Of a stretch of 64,000 bases of DNA, positions 62,983-64,000 are shown piece by piece (positions within the stretch are counted from its first letter, which is position 1; the number at the start of each line of letters is the position of its first letter). The notes beneath the pieces were generated by a model. The model was given only the letters and a program-made list of their open reading frames with translations, was not told where the DNA came from and did no database searches. Source of the DNA: an uncultured bacterium (lineage in GTDB: Bacteria; Omnitrophota; Omnitrophia; Omnitrophales; Aquincolibacteriaceae); contig CAZSFZ010000001.1 of the NCBI GenBank assembly GCA_964606385.1, positions 136,304 to 200,303 on the forward strand, in the 5' to 3' direction. The position numbers were made by a program, and so were the translations under genes.

Positions 62983-64000
62983 GAGGGCTTTAAAGGCATC
63001 TCCCCGAGTTCTTTCACGGACAGGACGAGTGTCTTCATGCCGTTCCACTGCTTGGTCTTCACGGAATAAGCCGCTTTAAATCGCGCGCCGGGACCCGACG
63101 CCGCACAAAGCAGCATCTGTTTTTCGTCCAGATTGGCCTGATAATTCAAAGAGCCCTCGGCCAGCACGGCCTCGTAAGTACCCCCGTAAAGAAGACGCGG
63201 TTTGGACCTCAGCTGAAGATCGCCGCTTTGAAAGACCGGCCGGGGATTCCCGATCCCGTGAGGCTCCAGAAGCTCAAGCTCATCGATGAAACGGCCCGTC
63301 AACTCTTCCAGTTTTAACTCCATATCCACCGTCACGCGGCGCTTGAGTTCTTCCGGAGCAAGATTTTCAAAAGCGAAAGCATTGATCTTCTCGCGCAACG
63401 CGGGGATATTTTTTTCCACGACCGTGAGACCGGCCGCTTGGGCATGCCCGCCGAATTCCGCAAGGAGCGCGTCGCAAGAACGGAGCGCGTTGAAAAGATG
63501 AAAGTTTTTGATAGAGCGTCCTGAACCCCTCCCGATGCCGTTTTCCACCGAGATCACGATCGCCGGCCGTTCGAATTTTTCCACGAGGCGGGAGGCGACG
63601 ATCCCGATCACGCCCCGGTGCCAGCCCTGTCCTTCCACCACGATCACCCGTTCACGGTTAAAATTCACGGTGCGTTCGACCTTGCGTACCGCCTCCTGGG
63701 TGGTCTCCCGTTCCATTTTTTGGCGCGCCTTGTTCTCTGCATCCAGGATCTTTGCCAAACTTTGTGCTTCACGGGGTGACTCCGTGAGCAAAAGCCGGAG
63801 CGCCGTATCCGCCGAGCTCATCCGTCCGGCCGCGTTGAGCCTGGGACCGAGGATAAAACCCACATGGCCGACGTTGACCTGTGAAGCCTTCATCTTCGCG
63901 ATCTCCGCAAGCGCACGTAGTCCGGCATTTTTCCGTTCGGAAAGCATCTCGAGGCCTTTTTTTACAAGGATGCGGTTTTCTCCCGTAAGAGGCGCGATAT
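62979..64000 (-). CDS. recJ: single-stranded-DNA-specific exonuclease RecJ, C-terminal part (gene continues beyond window end)
   Basis: GFILGPRLNAAGR, the DHHA1 GGHAQAAG motif and a C-terminal OB region are present. The frame stays open upstream of the ORF-track Met to the window edge (..IAPLTGENRILVKKGLEM..). Confidence 0.8.
   Translation of the reverse strand, partial: IAPLTGENRILVKKGLEMLSERKNAGLRALAEIAKMKASQVNVGHVGFILGPRLNAAGRMSSADTALRLLLTESPREAQSLAKILDAENKARQKMERETTQEAVRKVERTVNFNRERVIVVEGQGWHRGVIGIVASRLVEKFERPAIVISVENGIGRGSGRSIKNFHLFNALRSCDALLAEFGGHAQAAGLTVVEKNIPALREKINAFAFENLAPEELKRRVTVDMELKLEELTGRFIDELELLEPHGIGNPRPVFQSGDLQLRSKPRLLYGGTYEAVLAEGSLNYQANLDEKQMLLCAASGPGARFKAAYSVKTKQWNGMKTLVLSVKELGEMPLKPS

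Noticed and set aside
1-64000. tRNA, rRNA, integrase, transposase or prophage genes
   Set aside because: Intergenic regions are short. No T-loop (GTTCGAATC-like) or tRNA cloverleaf candidates and no recombinase-like ORFs were seen.

Overview
This 64 kb window is high-GC bacterial chromosomal DNA from a diderm organism (outer-membrane proteins and an AsmA-like protein are present). About 43 genes were called and all but two (rnc, rpmB) are on the minus strand. No rRNA, tRNA, CRISPR array or transposase/integrase was recognised.

Gene content, in order:
- 1-457: 5' part of an acyl-CoA dehydrogenase-like gene running off the window start.
- 661-16452: a single giant gene (5263 aa) encoding a TpsA/filamentous-haemagglutinin-like exoprotein. 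Its architecture is extended signal peptide, TPS secretion domain, FHA beta-helix, 6-7 GLUG-motif modules of about 330 aa, a PATR-type GGTFNG beta-helix, about 19 near-identical 83-aa MBG-like repeats, a Pro-rich stalk and a C-terminal FecR-like domain. No cognate TpsB was recognised in the window. An AT-rich island lies upstream and a strong intrinsic terminator downstream.
- 16634-28207: a GH57 glycoside hydrolase, a flavodoxin-fold NAD(P)H quinone reductase, an NAD-dependent sugar epimerase, several uncharacterised secreted proteins and lipoproteins (one Met-rich), class II fructose-bisphosphate aldolase, rubrerythrin and an FtsH protease.
- 28278-37910: uvrA, then a three-gene envelope cluster (546-aa OMP, 1565-aa SdrD-B-domain protein with a putative C-terminal beta-barrel, 140-aa lipoprotein).
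- 37969-52849: a roughly 15 kb single-strand biosynthetic run of dapB-dapA-dapF, an ornithine-decarboxylase-like gene, homospermidine synthase, lysA, and argH-argG-argF-argD-argB-argJ-argC.
- 53141-64000: rnc, an AsmA-like gene, rpsI-rplM with a previously unannotated 41-aa lipoprotein ORF coupled to rpsI, truA, asd, leuB, glgA plus a standalone CBM48 protein, rpmB, and the 3' part of recJ.

The main points for follow-up:
- the orphan giant TpsA-like protein with its unusual C-terminal FecR-like domain and 4.8 kb of internal near-identical tandem repeats;
- a conserved 33-nt element (palindrome TTTCAAC-N4-GTTGAAA followed by TTGATnnGAATTGG) in the 5' leaders of both rnc and the AsmA-like gene;
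- a pair of telomere-like (TTTAGGG / CCCTAAA) palindromic intercistronic repeat elements inside the arg operon, each spanning exactly from a stop codon to the next start;
- a heptad AACGG repeat motif at three loci;
- a long structured rplM-rpsI leader with mutually exclusive hairpins;
- a homospermidine pathway embedded in the DAP/lysine operon;
- an OMP-giant surface protein-lipoprotein cluster.

All functional assignments come from reading translated sequence motifs by eye. No database search was run.
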